Shown: positions 26,651 to 39,548 of the stretch, one piece after another
Position numbering within the stretch: position 1 is the stretch's first letter
Layout of the letters: every line of letters begins with the position of its first letter
Source of the DNA: Vitrella brassicaformis CCMP3155
Lineage: Eukaryota; Protista; Chromerida
Length of the DNA stretch: 64,000 bases
NCBI GenBank assembly: GCA_001179505.1
Contig: CDMY01000338.1
Location: 49,572 to 113,571, forward strand
Direction: 5' to 3'
Position numbers and translations under genes: made by a program
Notes under the pieces: generated by a model
Told to the model about the DNA's origin: nothing
Seen by the model: only the letters and a program-made list of their open reading frames with translations
Databases searched by the model: none

Positions 26651-27262
26651 GACAGTGGTTGTCTGTTGACGACTCTGTTCTTCACCTGGTTCGGCGTGCT
26701 GATCGCTCTCATGAAGGACATTCCCGACGTCCAGGTCGGTCCTTAAGTCACACACACACCACTAATGACTCAGTCTGGCACACAGACACAGGTATTGTAT
26801 AGCCTGTTCTGTCTGTATGTTTCAGGGCGATCGTGCCTTTGACATTGCGTCTTTCTCAGTCCGCTTCGGCCAGCGGCAAATGTTCCGACTCACGTAAGCC
26901 AAACAAAATTCGCGAACCCAGCCATAACTGTTTGCCAATGTCTGTTCGGGGTCAGGTCCGGTGGGCTGATTGGCCTCCTAGCAGCAGCAGGCGTGTCCTT
27001 GCTCGCGTCAGCCGGTCGAGCACTCCCCTCTGCCCTCCCCGTCCACCCCTTCCCCTCCCCCTCCATCGCGGCCATGGTTCGGTGGCTCGCTCCGTCCCTA
27101 TCGCGGGCAGCGGTGGCTGTGGCTGCGTTGGGTCTCGCCTTGACGACGTGGCGGCGCGCGGCCGCGGTTGATTCCCGGTGTAGCAGTGACGTGTACAGGT
27201 TCTACATGTTCATGTGGACGATATTCTATGCCTCTTACTGCTTGTTGCCGCTCACAAGGTAG
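25504..27262 (+). CDS. HPT: Homogentisate phytyltransferase-like UbiA prenyltransferase with bipartite plastid-targeting presequence
   Basis: FTRPHTLIGS, NVYITGLNQVTDIEIDAINKPYLP, YSLPPFRLKRFPLLAALCIIAVRG, ALMKDIPDVQGD, C-terminus FYMFMWTIFYASYCLLP; N-terminal signal ending SAAF followed by a Ser/Arg/Gln-rich transit-like region. HPT versus HST assigned by motif resemblance only. Confidence 0.85.
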
Positions 27263-28215
27263 GTAGACCACGTGACGGAGAGAGGTAGACACGTAGCTCA
27301 GTGGCCGCATCCGTCCATCGCAAGGACGGGTGGGGCTGGTCGGGTGGGTTTTGGAGCTTTTGATGGATGTGTGTGTGTCGGCCGGTGAGAAGCGGGGAGC
27401 CGGAGGGGGGAGGGTGTAGCTAGAGGTGAAAGGGGGACGGGAGCTGTGCGTTGCGTTGTTCAGCTAGGCACTGTAATGTATAGATCTGTTTTCATGTACG
27501 TGCTGCGGAGCTGTGCAGATGGCAGACAGACGATTTGTGAATGGATGGATGGATGGCTGGATGGCTGGACGGATGGCCCGTGGTGGCCACCATGTCATGT
27601 GAGGCCCGTTCTTTTTGGTAGTGTGCCAGTGTGCCACATTTCAATCAAAAATCCGACGTACAGCTCTCAACCCAACACCAACCAACCAAGAGCATTAATC
27701 CAGTCCATCGGACAATTAAACAACACACTCTGTGTCTCAGTCTACGTGTCTCCCGCCCACATGAAAAATGCAGCAGAATATAAAATGCAGACAGCGATTC
27801 TTTCTGGCCCCTCGTTACGAGCAAATCGATCCATCAGATATAAAATGTAGGCACCGATGCTGTCTCTCCCGCCCCTCCTCACGCCTCCCAGCATCCCAGT
27901 CAGCAGTTCCCGTAAAGCTCCTCGCCACGACACGACCTGCATGCAGTAAGTATCCCCTCCTTGCCTTTCGTCAACCCTCCCACCTTGTCAATTGCCATGT
28001 TTAGAAGTACAGAGCCCTCGACAGGTCGCCACTCTTGAACACCTCGTCGCCCTGTGTCTTGAGAATCCTCACCTCCACCCGCACGTACCCTTGCTGCACC
28101 CACTGTCACTCGGGCGCAGTGCAGTGCGCCCCCCTCCCCCCCCTCCCATGGCATGCACCAAAAGAACCCTCCTGCACAGGTTGGCCACCGCATGGCCCCC
28201 CATCCCCATTCCCGG

Positions 28216-29636
28216 CTAGGTGATATAGATTCTTTTAGTGTGTGTGAACGGGACCACAGGCGATCATCCGGGAGACACTGAGCGTGGCCACACACATCCT
28301 AAACACACACATCCTAAACACACACACACACGTAGAGAGAGAGAGAGAGATCGATTCACGGACATGTGTATGAGTGTGATACGTTCATCCTACCCGGTGT
28401 CCACAAGGAATGAACGCGTGGGTTTTGAGCCCTTCCATGCACACCGTACACGTGAGCTGCCCCTCGTTCATATGCTCGGACGCCACCTCTGCTCGCAGCT
28501 GCGCCTGCGCCAGGTGGTCTCTGCATCACAGGACCACACACACAGTGGTTGTCATGTTGTGTGTGTGTGTGTGTGTCTGTGTGTGTGTGTTTGCGGACCG
28601 TGCGACACGGAGCTCCTCCTGTGTGTGTGTGTTTGCGGACCGTGCAACGCGGAGCTCCTCCCTGGGTAGTCAGGAGCACGTACACACACAGAAACACACC
28701 TCGTAATGGCTGTGGCTGTGTTGCTTTGTGTGTGTGTGTGCGGACTGTAGCTTGGACTGTAGGGCGGTCTGCTGCTGCCTGAGCGGTCAGCACCACACAC
28801 AGCCCAACACAAACAAAAGGAGATACACGCGTCGTGTGTGTGGGTATGTCGTGTGTGCGTACTCAAGGTCCTCTATGGCTGCGTTGCGGCTCTGTGCCGC
28901 TGCAACCAGAGGGTTAAGTGTCCAGACGGCTTCACTGGACGAAGACACACATACAGAACACCATAACGCCATGTATGTGCTGGTGTGTTGGTTCACTGAC
29001 TCGTGCTCCTCCTCGGCCTTCTGGATGCGCTCGTTTAGCTGGGCAATCTCAGTCTCTAACAAATCTATGCCTGTGTCACACACACACATGTGATTTGTGA
29101 TTTGTGTGGTCCACTCAAACGCACACACGACAAGTGTACAAGCGTCTGTCTGTCTGTCTGTGTTATGTACACTGGTCCTTCGGGTGGAGGTCGATCTGTG
29201 CCTTGGTGCGGTCGTCATTGAGGTCCCCTATGGTCCTGGGCACGCACATACACACACACGTGCACACGTGTTGCATTAATTAAGGGGAGCGGCTCACTTG
29301 TCCTGTTGTTTGACCCGCGTCTCGTAGGTGGCCAGTTTGCGCTTCAACTCCTGTGTACGCATACAGAGACATCCGCATTCGCGTGAGGTATATGTGTGGG
29401 CATGAATGCGTTGATCAGTACCTTTATCTCGTGTTGGAGGGCTTTGCGCGACTCGGTGATCTCTAAAACGTCTAGCTCAGACTTGGACCTGACTGGACCA
29501 ACGTGAGTGAGCACTTACCCCGCCACAAGAGGCCCAGCCTCTCCTTAAGCCTCAGCCACGTCTTCTCCGGCACAAACGTGGCTGCGAGGATGCCTCCCGC
29601 CACCAAAGCCTCGCCGACCAACAATCCGAACGCCAT
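28216..29636 (-). CDS. Protein with N-terminal hydrophobic anchor, coiled coil, and the N-terminal half of a RING (C3HC4-like) finger
   Basis: MAFGLLVGEALVAGGILAATF; coiled exons IDLLETEIAQLNERIQKAEEEHE and ELKRKLATYETRVKQQ; CTVCMEGLKTHAFIPCGHR. Second half of the RING and the 3' end could not be resolved. Confidence 0.55.
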
Positions 29637-31140
29637 AATCTCAGCAAGACCTGACAATCCTGAATACACGCAATCCCAGACGCATCCGACTGCTGGCGAG
29701 TCGGTCCGAGTTCACTGGAGGCTTGCCTAGGAGGCGACTAATCGAAGAGACGTCTGGCATCCACCGCGCACACGCGCGGGATAGGCATGTCCTTCTGGCT
29801 CTGGCCTATGGACACCCAAAGGCACCACAAACACGATTTGTCTATGCGTCCATCTCTCTCTCTCTCTCTTTCTCTCTCTCTCGTGTGAGTGTGTGTGCGA
29901 GGGGGTTGGGCGTATCTGAGCGGTCTCATTCTTGGCCATCTCTCGCCAGACGAGGTCGAACACGTCGATGGTGGCAGGCGAGAGATCTCGCTCGTTTGGT
30001 GGCAGGCGGGCGTAGGGCGTGTAGAGGGTCTCCGTGTGACGACTGTGGTTGGCGAGGAAGTCATTCAAATGGTAGGGTCTGATGACATTGCATTGTCATG
30101 ACTTCACGCACCATGACGCCACGCTCACCATCAGCACCGTAAGGAAGCCCGCGATGATGTACAATAAGCACGATAACGCCATCTCGAGCCGGGGGTGCTT
30201 CCACCACACCCCACGAGCAGGCTGAGCATCCGCACCACCAGCAGGCTGAGCATCCCCACCAGCTGCAGGCTGATGTCAGTGAGGCTTGGCGCCTCATGAC
30301 GCCTATATGCATCGGGCGGGGATGGAAGCGGCGGATGACCCTTAGGGGTAGAGGGAGATGGTGCGGACCACAAACGCGGCCGGAAAATGTGGGAAATGGC
30401 CTCGGAAATCGAAAATTGTTTGCGTTGGATCTCCGTCTCGAATTCTCGCCGGATTCTCTTGGCTCTAATTGTTTGCGGGTGTACGTTGACTGACGGGTTG
30501 AGGGAAGACTCTCTCCCCATAACCGTCCGTTGCTCGTACCGTTGCCGAGCACGACGCCAGGCAAGGCAGGCGGCCTGCCATGATGCCCTGGTGGCTCATG
30601 CAGAGTGGTGCATTGAAGTTTATCAGCTTCGTGTTCCATTCATCTTATTCGAAACAATGATTCGAAATCCTCCGAGTCTGCCTCCGAGGATTTCCTCCTT
30701 CGGAGGAGAGACGAATCGGAGGAGCTTTCCTCTCTCTCCTCCGAGCTTTCCTCTCTCTCCTTCTCCGAGCTACCCTTTTTCTCCTTCATCAGAAAATCTG
30801 AGATTTGCTCCACCTTGAACAAGACTGAGGGTCAAGGCATATCCGGAGATGTCTTGGTTGTTTCAATCTTCATCTAACGCTGCCTGTCTGTTTGCTTACT
30901 TTCGGTTCTAAACGACTCATGCTCATCCGTGAAATCCTTGAGAGCTGCAGTGCACCAAGCAAGTCTGATTGTGTGTCTTTTCTGTCGGCAGGATGACAGT
31001 GTCTGTCTCGCCTGTCATGACGTCAGGGACACTTGAGTCGTGATGATCCGCGGCCTCCATCCACTCGCCGATCCTGTTTTTGTAATTTTCACCTGACTGG
31101 ACAAGACAAAGGAACAAATCCAAAGAGGTGGTGAAAGAGG

Positions 31141-34100
31141 TCAGTCTGAGTTGACCAGGTCAAGAGGATCATCATCTTCCTCATCATTTTCAGCAGGGCC
31201 CGCCTGAACATTCCATTGCTCAATAGATAAGCCATTTTGATTGGACGGACCTAACCTTTGCTGTCACGTATTCGTACAGAAGATACAAGGGCACCACAAG
31301 GATGATACCGACTGTGCGGAATGCCTCGCAGATGTGGACTGTCTTCCGTATCTCTTTTCCAGTACTGTCCTTCGTCCAGTACTGTCGCCGCTGTATCGCG
31401 TCCGGTATCTGTTGTTGAAGCTCCCCAAGCCTTTCATAGATGGCTGCGGGCGCGAAGGCGACAGCGCACAGGAGGGCATCGATGCTGGAGTACAAGGCCG
31501 TCATCGACCAGAAGGCAATGCGGCAGAGTGCCACTGATGTCCGCTGATGAGGGAGGCGAGATGCCGCAGAGGTTCCAACACGACAACAGCTGCACATACA
31601 CAGATGTGCCCAGTGGTGGATGCAGTTGATGTCTCTTGTCGGTCGCCCCGACCGATGACGTTGAATGGCGGTGGAAGCCGCTCGTGCTGCGGCATATTCA
31701 GGTACTCATTCAACACGCGAATCCGCAGCAATCTGCACTCAGTCATTCACGAGTGGAGAGAAGGAGCTGATACATGTGTGCTGCTTTCATCTGCCTGTCT
31801 CCCTTGCCGGTTGTCTCTCACTGATATTGGCCGGTCTGTGTCTCTTCGATGGTCGCATACGTCGACGCCTGGCACACACAGAGAGAAACAGGAGCGTTGA
31901 TCAGTTGTCTACCTCGCATCTGGCTCACCATAATAGCGATGAGCAGGTTGAGCTATCGATACATGGGAGCAGAGAGAGACAAAGAAACATAGAAAATCAC
32001 AGTATCTGGCTCGTTTAGATGGATGAGTGGTGGTAAGCCTCTCGTACGAGTATGATGGATGAGAGGATGACGTATATGAACAGCAGGACGGTCCCCAGCG
32101 AGTCGTGGCTCTCGATGGCGTTGCTCAATGGGTCGCTGAATTCGCCAAGACCCCCGTAGAAACTGACGCAGTCACCCAACCAACAGAATGACGACTGGCG
32201 CTCTCTCTCTGTGTGTGTGTTGGTGTCATCAAGTACAGTGTGAGTGTGGCTTTAGCGAAGGAGCCGAAGTACTGGTGGTCTTCGTCGGACGAGAGGATGG
32301 TGAAGACGCCCGCGAAGATCAGCAGGATGTAGACGTACAGACACAGAAACATGCTAATGTCCGAAAACATCCTCACAACCGCACTGACACCCACATACCC
32401 ATCACACACAGCATGGGACACCTCCCTCTGTGTGTGTGTTGGCTCTCTCACTAACAGAATGAGTGGTCCGACGGCTGGGTGCAGGCTGGCGGCTTGCAGG
32501 AGGCGCAGCGCAAACAGGAGCGCTATAAGGACTCCTGAGCTCACTTCCGCCTCCGAGGACCAGCCAGCGAAGTGGATGGCAATGAAGCCGACGATCCACA
32601 GGGCGGTTCCTGCATCAAGCCGATTCCTGAATGCTTACACATACCAACAAAATACAAACAAAGCCGCCAGCATGACACGTACCATGAGTCGGCCCAGTAC
32701 GCTGCTGCCTTCAGGCGGATGAGCTGCATACACACAGGGGGCACACAGAGGACGATGACACATGTCATTGTCCATGAAGCATGTCTCCTCCCATCTGATC
32801 TGTCTTACTTGGAAGATCTCCACGACAATGAAGCCACTACCCGTGAGCACTGCCCCCCACAGCCACACCGACGGCCATGCCCCCGCCATCGTCATGCCGC
32901 TGTCTCCTTTAATCGACTCGATGTGCAGCAGCACAAAAGCCACCCTGACAACACACACAGAGCGAAGAGGTGCTATATGTCTCCACCCTGGCGTTTGGCT
33001 GCAGCTTTACATGAGGAGCATTGACAGGACGCGGGTAATGAAGACATCACGGGGCGCAAGTTTGACCCTCCAGTCTCCGTAGCCTTTCTTCCAATGCTCC
33101 GTGCCGAGGGACGTACAGTTGGCTGTCGCCATCATGCGAACCAGAAGGAACGGAGAGACGTGAGTCAACCGACAGACCGGGGAAATCTCTTGGATGGCTT
33201 ACCTTGAGTGACAACAGAGAGGGGTTCCGAAGACTCGAGCAGTGCAAACCATTCTCTCTCTTTGCCCCAAAGTGACCCTTGGAAGTTCCTTTCTCTGACA
33301 TTGCTGCAGAAGTTCTCCGTGAGCGCCTGAACCGATCGGACAATCAATGCAGACGTAAAGATTGCTATTTGTTTTCCTTCTCTTGTACTTCTTGCCAGTT
33401 GGAAATCTTCGACAAGTCACTACAAAAAGACAGCAGGGGAGAAAGAAAGCATGTTGTCCCTTTCTCTTCATTTATTCATACTCTGTGAGGGAGTCCTTCG
33501 GTCGCATTTTCGTCAGTTTGCGGAAGAAGGCACAGAGGCGAAGGCTGTTGAGGCCAAACGACTCAGGCTTGTCCTTCAGGAACTCCTTCGCGGCGGGTAC
33601 CACCGCTTTCAGACCCCGAGCCTTCAAGTCTTTAACTTTCACGCCTTGCTCGAGCAGCTCCGTGACCACGCCTGCGGCCGCGACAACCATCGGTACGACA
33701 AGTGACGGGTGTTTGGTTAGGGCAAAGTCGAGAGGCAGCTCTCCTCGCTGTAAGGGTCACGAAAAGAGGCGATATCGACATGCAGCTCAACAGGTGCAGT
33801 GCAGCCTACCCTGTTTCTGATCTTCAAGAGCTGTGGATTTACCCTCAACATCCACCACAACACATTGGCTTTGCCCCAGACTGCAGGGAGACACATTGAA
33901 GACTCATGCACTTGGTCGTCGTTTGCATCAGTGACTGACGTGCTGCCAGATGAAGCGGCGTCTCCTCATCCTGAATCACAGCACGAAGAAGACACACGCT
34001 GTTCAACGCACCAGCAGACATTCCCTCATCCCTACATTGGACCGAGCTTCCAGCAGCTCCTCTCCGCCCAACTCGACAAACTTCTCCACAACATCAACTG

Positions 34101-34878
34101 ACGCCCACCTTGCTGCCGTATGAAGAGGCGTCCAGCCGTTCTACAGACACAGCATGAAAGCAGCAGCGAGGACATCGGACTAATGGGCAGAACAAGTGTA
34201 ATTCTCGAGCATGATACCCTGTTTTTCAGGTTGAGCAGGTGTCGTCGGTTGTGCAGCAGCACATCAAAGACTTCCATGTCCTTAATGGCCCAGCACCTCC
34301 CTGAAAGACACATGCAGGGGCCACGTAGCTGCAACATGTGTGTACAGTGATGCAGGGATGCATACTTGCGGCGAAATGGATGGCAGTGCTTGATTTATTC
34401 CACAACGCGGAGGCTTTGGAGCCCCATTTTCATACGCCAGTTGTCAGCAGTTGCTCTGCTTCCTCAGGCGACAGATCGGCGAGGGCCTTGCGCAGGCCCT
34501 CTGCATCTGATTTGGCGATCGCCTCTGTGATAATGTCTCTGAGGCCTTCTGTCGGGTCCCACCCGTCGATCTCCTCCCCAATCTCCTCCTCCTCCTCCTC
34601 AACATCGTCGTCGTCGTCCTCCCCATGTTCCTCTTCATCTCCATCATGTTCGGCTGCTGGGGCACCCACCAAGGGAACCTGCAGACGAAACACAGACGTC
34701 CAAGAGACCTCTCAGAGTGTGTGGTCGTGCCGCTGTCAGCATCACAGCAACAGACCTGATGGAGGCGTCTCCGTTCCTTGGCGATGTCATCGGTGACGTC
34801 CGGCAGCTGGGGCTCCATCAGCCCCTGTCCATCGTCCTGCAGCAGAGGGATCTGATCACCCGAGGCCGACGCTGACAT
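31141..34878 (-). CDS. Ankyrin-repeat TRP-type cation channel with one in-frame TGA at 34430..34432 (possible pseudogene or allele)
   Basis: Ankyrin repeats TAIHFAA, NGWTPLHTAARW, DEETPLHLAALWG, GELPLDFA; TM region ALRLLQAASLHPAVGPLILLVVRMFSDISMFLCLYVYILLIFAGVF, pore YFGSFAKATLTLY, S6 LNLLIAIM, then LRIRVLNEY...LPPPFNVI. Confidence 0.8.
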
Positions 34879-35852
34879 CTGCAATGGATTGACGGAAAGA
34901 GGGACACAGGCATCAGGGGCCGATGGCCACACACGCAGAGATGCACTAGAAGCATTGCAAGGTGACCTTGGGATGGCCCGTCTGTGTGCGGTGGATGGCC
35001 TGCTGTGCGGCAGCGTCGGCCTCGTCAAATCTTGGCAGCTGGATGTAGCACTCCTTGTCAACACGACTGGGGCAGCCGTGGTGATCTCTCCCTCTGCCGC
35101 CCTCCTGGCCATGCAGACGGGGGGTGCGCTGGCCGTGCAGGAAGTCCCACATTCTTCTCGCCTTGGGGGGGGCGGTCCAGTCTCAGAGTCTCCGCCCCCA
35201 GAGCTTGCCACTGTAAATCAATCATCATCTCATGTTTCTCTTGGTCCTCGCTGCTGGCTCATTCCGTCAGTGTACGAGGCGGCCTTCTCTGTCAACCATG
35301 ACCACTATCTGCTTCGCATCTCGTCCCCTTCGCCCTCCCTCGCCACCTTTTCGCTTCCCACGCCCCCCGCAGACGCCATCGAGAAGCTTCTCCCTGCCTA
35401 CTCATGCATCGCACCCGCACTGGTCACGTCGGCAGCTGTCAGCGTGCAGTTCATGAGATTGCCGCTGTTGGTGATGACGCTGCGCAGCTGATGGGCCATT
35501 TCGAGGAGCTGCAGGCAGTGGTCAAGGAGGCGGCAGTGGGTTTTGTGGACGCAATCAAGAGGAGAAAGACCCGTCCGCACTCGAGCACAGTACATGCAGA
35601 CGCGTAAACGAACGTACAAAACACTTCCATGAATGACAAGGGAAAAAAGGCCCACGCCAAACACGACGACACAACAGACACACTTTGAACCAACACCACG
35701 AACAACACGTCCAAACTACGTAAGTGCTTATATCGACGACGACATCGACTCTACCCAGACGAAAACACCATAAAGAGCCATCATCCACCCATCCACCCAG
35801 ACACCTCGCGACCACAGAAGACGGAAAAACAATCAATCCGGCACTCTCCCCG

Positions 35853-37387
35853 TCACGCGCCTTCCAGCGAGTCATGCGGCGACGCCGTAGCCTGCGTGGA
35901 TCCGGTGTGCACAAGGGCGGGCTCACTGGCCTGCTGGTAGCCGTTGTCCTCCTCATCGTCAGTCTTCTTCGACATGTCCACCCTGTTGCCGTGCCTCTGC
36001 GGCACACACGTGGACACGACCCCGAGGAAGACCGTCAGCACTCCAAGAATCCGCTGGATGGATGCAGGGTGCCTCACAGAAAAGACACCGAACTCGTCCA
36101 CAAATAGACTCATCATCAGCTACAAGAAACAAAACCACCGACAACAGGAAGAGGAGAACGAGGGGTAGCCGCTGGTGCTGCTGGCGTATGCGTGGGAGGG
36201 CGGTGCTTGCCTGTCCGAAGATGAACATGACAAAAAACAGCGTCACGCCGACCACTCGAGGTATCGAGATGGAGAAGAAGAGGAACGCCACGCCCCACAC
36301 ACCACCCGTCCACATCCACCACGAAGCCTCGCCCATACGGCCGAAAGTCACGTCGTCATGCAACAGCCAATCTGAAAGAAGTGAGATGATCAATCGCTTC
36401 GTGCATCCCTTGTCTGTGGCAGGCTCACTCACAGGGGATGAGCGAGGCGACAGTACAGCCGATCGTCGCGACGATGTTGGATACGAAGGCCGCCCTCATG
36501 TTGCCGCGTACCCGATGTGCCAGCAGCTGGTTGATGGCCGACTGGATAGGCATATTGCACCCCACTACCACGGGGATTATGCAGGTGAGGATGCCCGACC
36601 AGCCCACCGCAGGCAGCCCCCCGCCGATGAAGAAGTTGAAGGACATGACTGTGCCTAACGTCACTAGCACACCACCAAGCACCTGACGCATGCACGCACA
36701 CAGAAAGCTCCACATTATGTCACCCTCAGCATGTCGTGTAGCCTTGCTTACTTTGAACAACGTCAAAGGTCTCCTTTTGGGAAAGCCGATTGTGTCCGAA
36801 AAGAGCGACGAGACTATGTTGCCGAAGATGACAAGCATCGTGTAAAGAGCCATGCCCAGGATGGGACTGATGACGATGCCCGAGGTGACCGCAAACGCGC
36901 CCAGTAGTCCACCGATCCACTGCCACAGCGGCATTCTGCCCGGGCCACACAGCGGGCCAAGCAGCCGCACCCAGCCGCAGTCCATGCCGACCATCACACG
37001 GCAGCACGTGTCCCGGCCCGTCTGCTCCAGGATGGCCTCTCCCCTCGGCGCCGTCATCACCGTGCACGCAAGGAGGCCGAGAATAGAGGTGGCTTGAGCA
37101 AAGTTGAATGTGCTGACATAGAGGCCGTGGCCTGCATAAGGCGATAGGGCGGCGCTGACACCCAGCTGAACCACTAAAAAGGCTCCAGCGATGATAGACA
37201 GACACGACAGGCCGAACATTCGTCCGCAGCCGACTTGTTCGACGATGGACTGCCTCCGCTTGACGTCTATTCGCGCCACAGCCTCGTCCAGACCAGCTGT
37301 GTTAGCGCCCAGCGGCGGCTCCAGGCCATCAGCGAGGGCCACATACGACACACGCGACTCAGGAAGCAGCAGAGAGCCGTCACTCAT
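35853..37387 (-). CDS. DMT-superfamily YdcZ/DUF606-like transporter, tandem copy 1
   Basis: Two internal repeats: GAFLVVQLGVSAAL...WQWIGGLLGAF and CNMPIQSAINQLL...WWMWTGGVWG...GQLMMSLFVDEFG; many TM helices. Confidence 0.8.
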
Positions 37388-37843
37388 GATGATCTGTCAA
37401 GATGGGCGAAACAAGGTGATCACGAACATTACGAGTGCTTCTTTGTGCCTCCATCCCTGCTCACTTTTCGCCGTTGCTTGGTTTAGTGAAGGCTGGCGGT
37501 GGTTGGTTATTGTGTTTAACGAAACTCACCCCGGAGGGGATCCTGTCCATGTCACGCACTAAACTAGCAGCATGCACATGCATAGAAGCATGCACACGGC
37601 CTATCTCCCCATCCCACCCACCCACTCGACATGCACGTGCCACCCTATGGTGCCACCCTATGATGGTCGTGTTGGAGGATGCATGGCTTCCAGCAACGGT
37701 TTCATGAGAATACCCTAGTCCCTTGATCCCAGGCGACCTCACTATCGACATGCAACATGCACCCCAACACGCAACACGCAGCACGTGACGGCTGACGACA
37801 GATCATCAGACCTTGAAGCAATGAGTCGTCTCTTTCACTACAT

Positions 37844-39274
37844 CTAACCGTGGGCCTCCTTTATCACCTCATCCCCGGCCATGTCCGTCTTGCCGTGCCT
37901 CTGGCATGTGGACACGACCCCGAAAAAGACTGTCAGCACTCCAAGAATCCGCTGGATGGATGCAGGGTGCCATACAGAGAACACACCGAACTCGTCCACA
38001 AATAGACTCATCATCAGCTGCACACAAGATGAACCGGTACAAGGAAGAGACAAATGGTGACGATGAGCTGTTATCAGTGGAACTGGCGTGCTTGCCTGTC
38101 CGAAGATGAACATGACGAAGAAGATTGTCACGCCGACCGCTCGAGGTATCGAGATGGAGAAGAAAAGGAACGCGACGCCCCACACACCGCCCGTCCACAT
38201 CCACCACGAAGCCTCGCCCATACGGCCGAAAGTCGCGTCGTCATGCAACACACAATCTGAACAGACGCCCAGAGTAAAAAGCAAAACGTGAGCCCACATG
38301 TGACAGGCTCACTCACAAGGAATGGTCGAGGCAATAGCACAGACGATCGTCGCGACAATGTTGGATACGAAGGCCGCCCTCATGTCGCCGCGGACACGGC
38401 GGGCCAGCAACCGGTTGATAGCCGACTGGATGGGCATGTTGCACCCCACTACCACGGGGATTATGCAGGTGAGGATGCCCGACCAGCCCACCGCAGGCAG
38501 CCCCCCGCCGATGAAGAAGTTGAAGGACATGACTGTGCCTAAGGTCACCAGCACACCACCAAGCACCTGACACATGCACGCACACAGAAAGCTCCACATT
38601 ATGTCACCCTCAGCATGTCGTGTAGCCTTGCTTACTTTGAACAACGTCAACGGTCTCTCTTTAGGAAACCCGACCGCATCCAGAAAGAGAGAAGAAACAA
38701 TGTTGCCGAAGATGACAAGCATCGTGTAAAGAGCCATGCCCAGGATGGGACTGATGACGATGCCCGAGGTGACCGCAAACGCGCCCAGTAGTCCACCGAT
38801 CCACTGCCACAGCGGCATTCTGCCCGGGCCACACAGCGGGCCAAGCAGCCGCACCCAGCCGCAGTCCATGCCGACCATCACACGGCAGCACGTGTCCCGG
38901 CCCGTCTGCTCCAGGATGGCCTCTCCCCTCGGCGCCGTCATCACCGTGCACGCAAGCAGGCCGAGAATAGTGGTGGCTTGAGCGAAGTTGAATGTGCTGA
39001 CATAGAGGCCGTGGCCTGCATAAGGCGATAGGCTGGCACTGACACCCAGCTGAACCACTAGAAAGGCTCCAGCGACGATGGACAGGCATGACAGGCCGAG
39101 CATTCGTCCGCAGCCGACTTGTTCGACGATGGACTGCCTGCTTTTCTCGTCCCTTGGCGCAACAGCCTGGTCCAGACCAGCTGTGTTGGCGCCCAGCGGC
39201 GGCTCCAGGCCATCAGCGAGAGCCACATACGACACACGCGACTCAGGAAGCAGCAGAGAGCCGTCGAAACTCAT
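37844..39274 (-). CDS. DMT-superfamily YdcZ/DUF606-like transporter, tandem copy 2
   Basis: Close paralogue of 35853..37387 with the same exon structure; ends KEAHG*. Confidence 0.8.
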
Positions 39275-39548
39275 GATGATCTGTCAAGATGAGCGGAAAC
39301 AAGGTGATCACGAACATTCCGAGTGTTTCCTTCTCCTTCCATCGCATCCAATGCGCGAGCTCAGAAAATTTCAACGTCCTCAACGGTGACCGATACGACG
39401 TAGAAATGACGGCCGGCGGACGGATCTTTCCCTCTCCCGTGCTGTCTATCCTTGAAGACTAAGTCGTGTTGCTTGAGCACGTCTTTCCCTGGCCTCTGCT
39501 CTCTTCTCACCTCATCCCTCCCGGATCCCTCCACCTCCCTCCCTCAGC

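Noticed and set aside
28000-28110. TPR-like fragment ILKTQGDEVFKSGDLSRALYF* on the minus strand
   Set aside because: A single short stretch ending in a stop; could not be linked to the RING gene.
29727-30520. Possible small minus-strand gene with a TM-like segment
   Set aside because: Candidate splice junctions produce stops; structure unresolved.
34430-34432. Selenocysteine recoding of the TRP TGA
   Set aside because: No SECIS could be identified by eye and the position is not a redox motif.
34889-35664. 200-aa plus ORF and coding-like minus fragments upstream of the TRP gene
   Set aside because: No consistent spliced frame or recognisable motif could be built; may be upstream TRP exons or a decayed gene.
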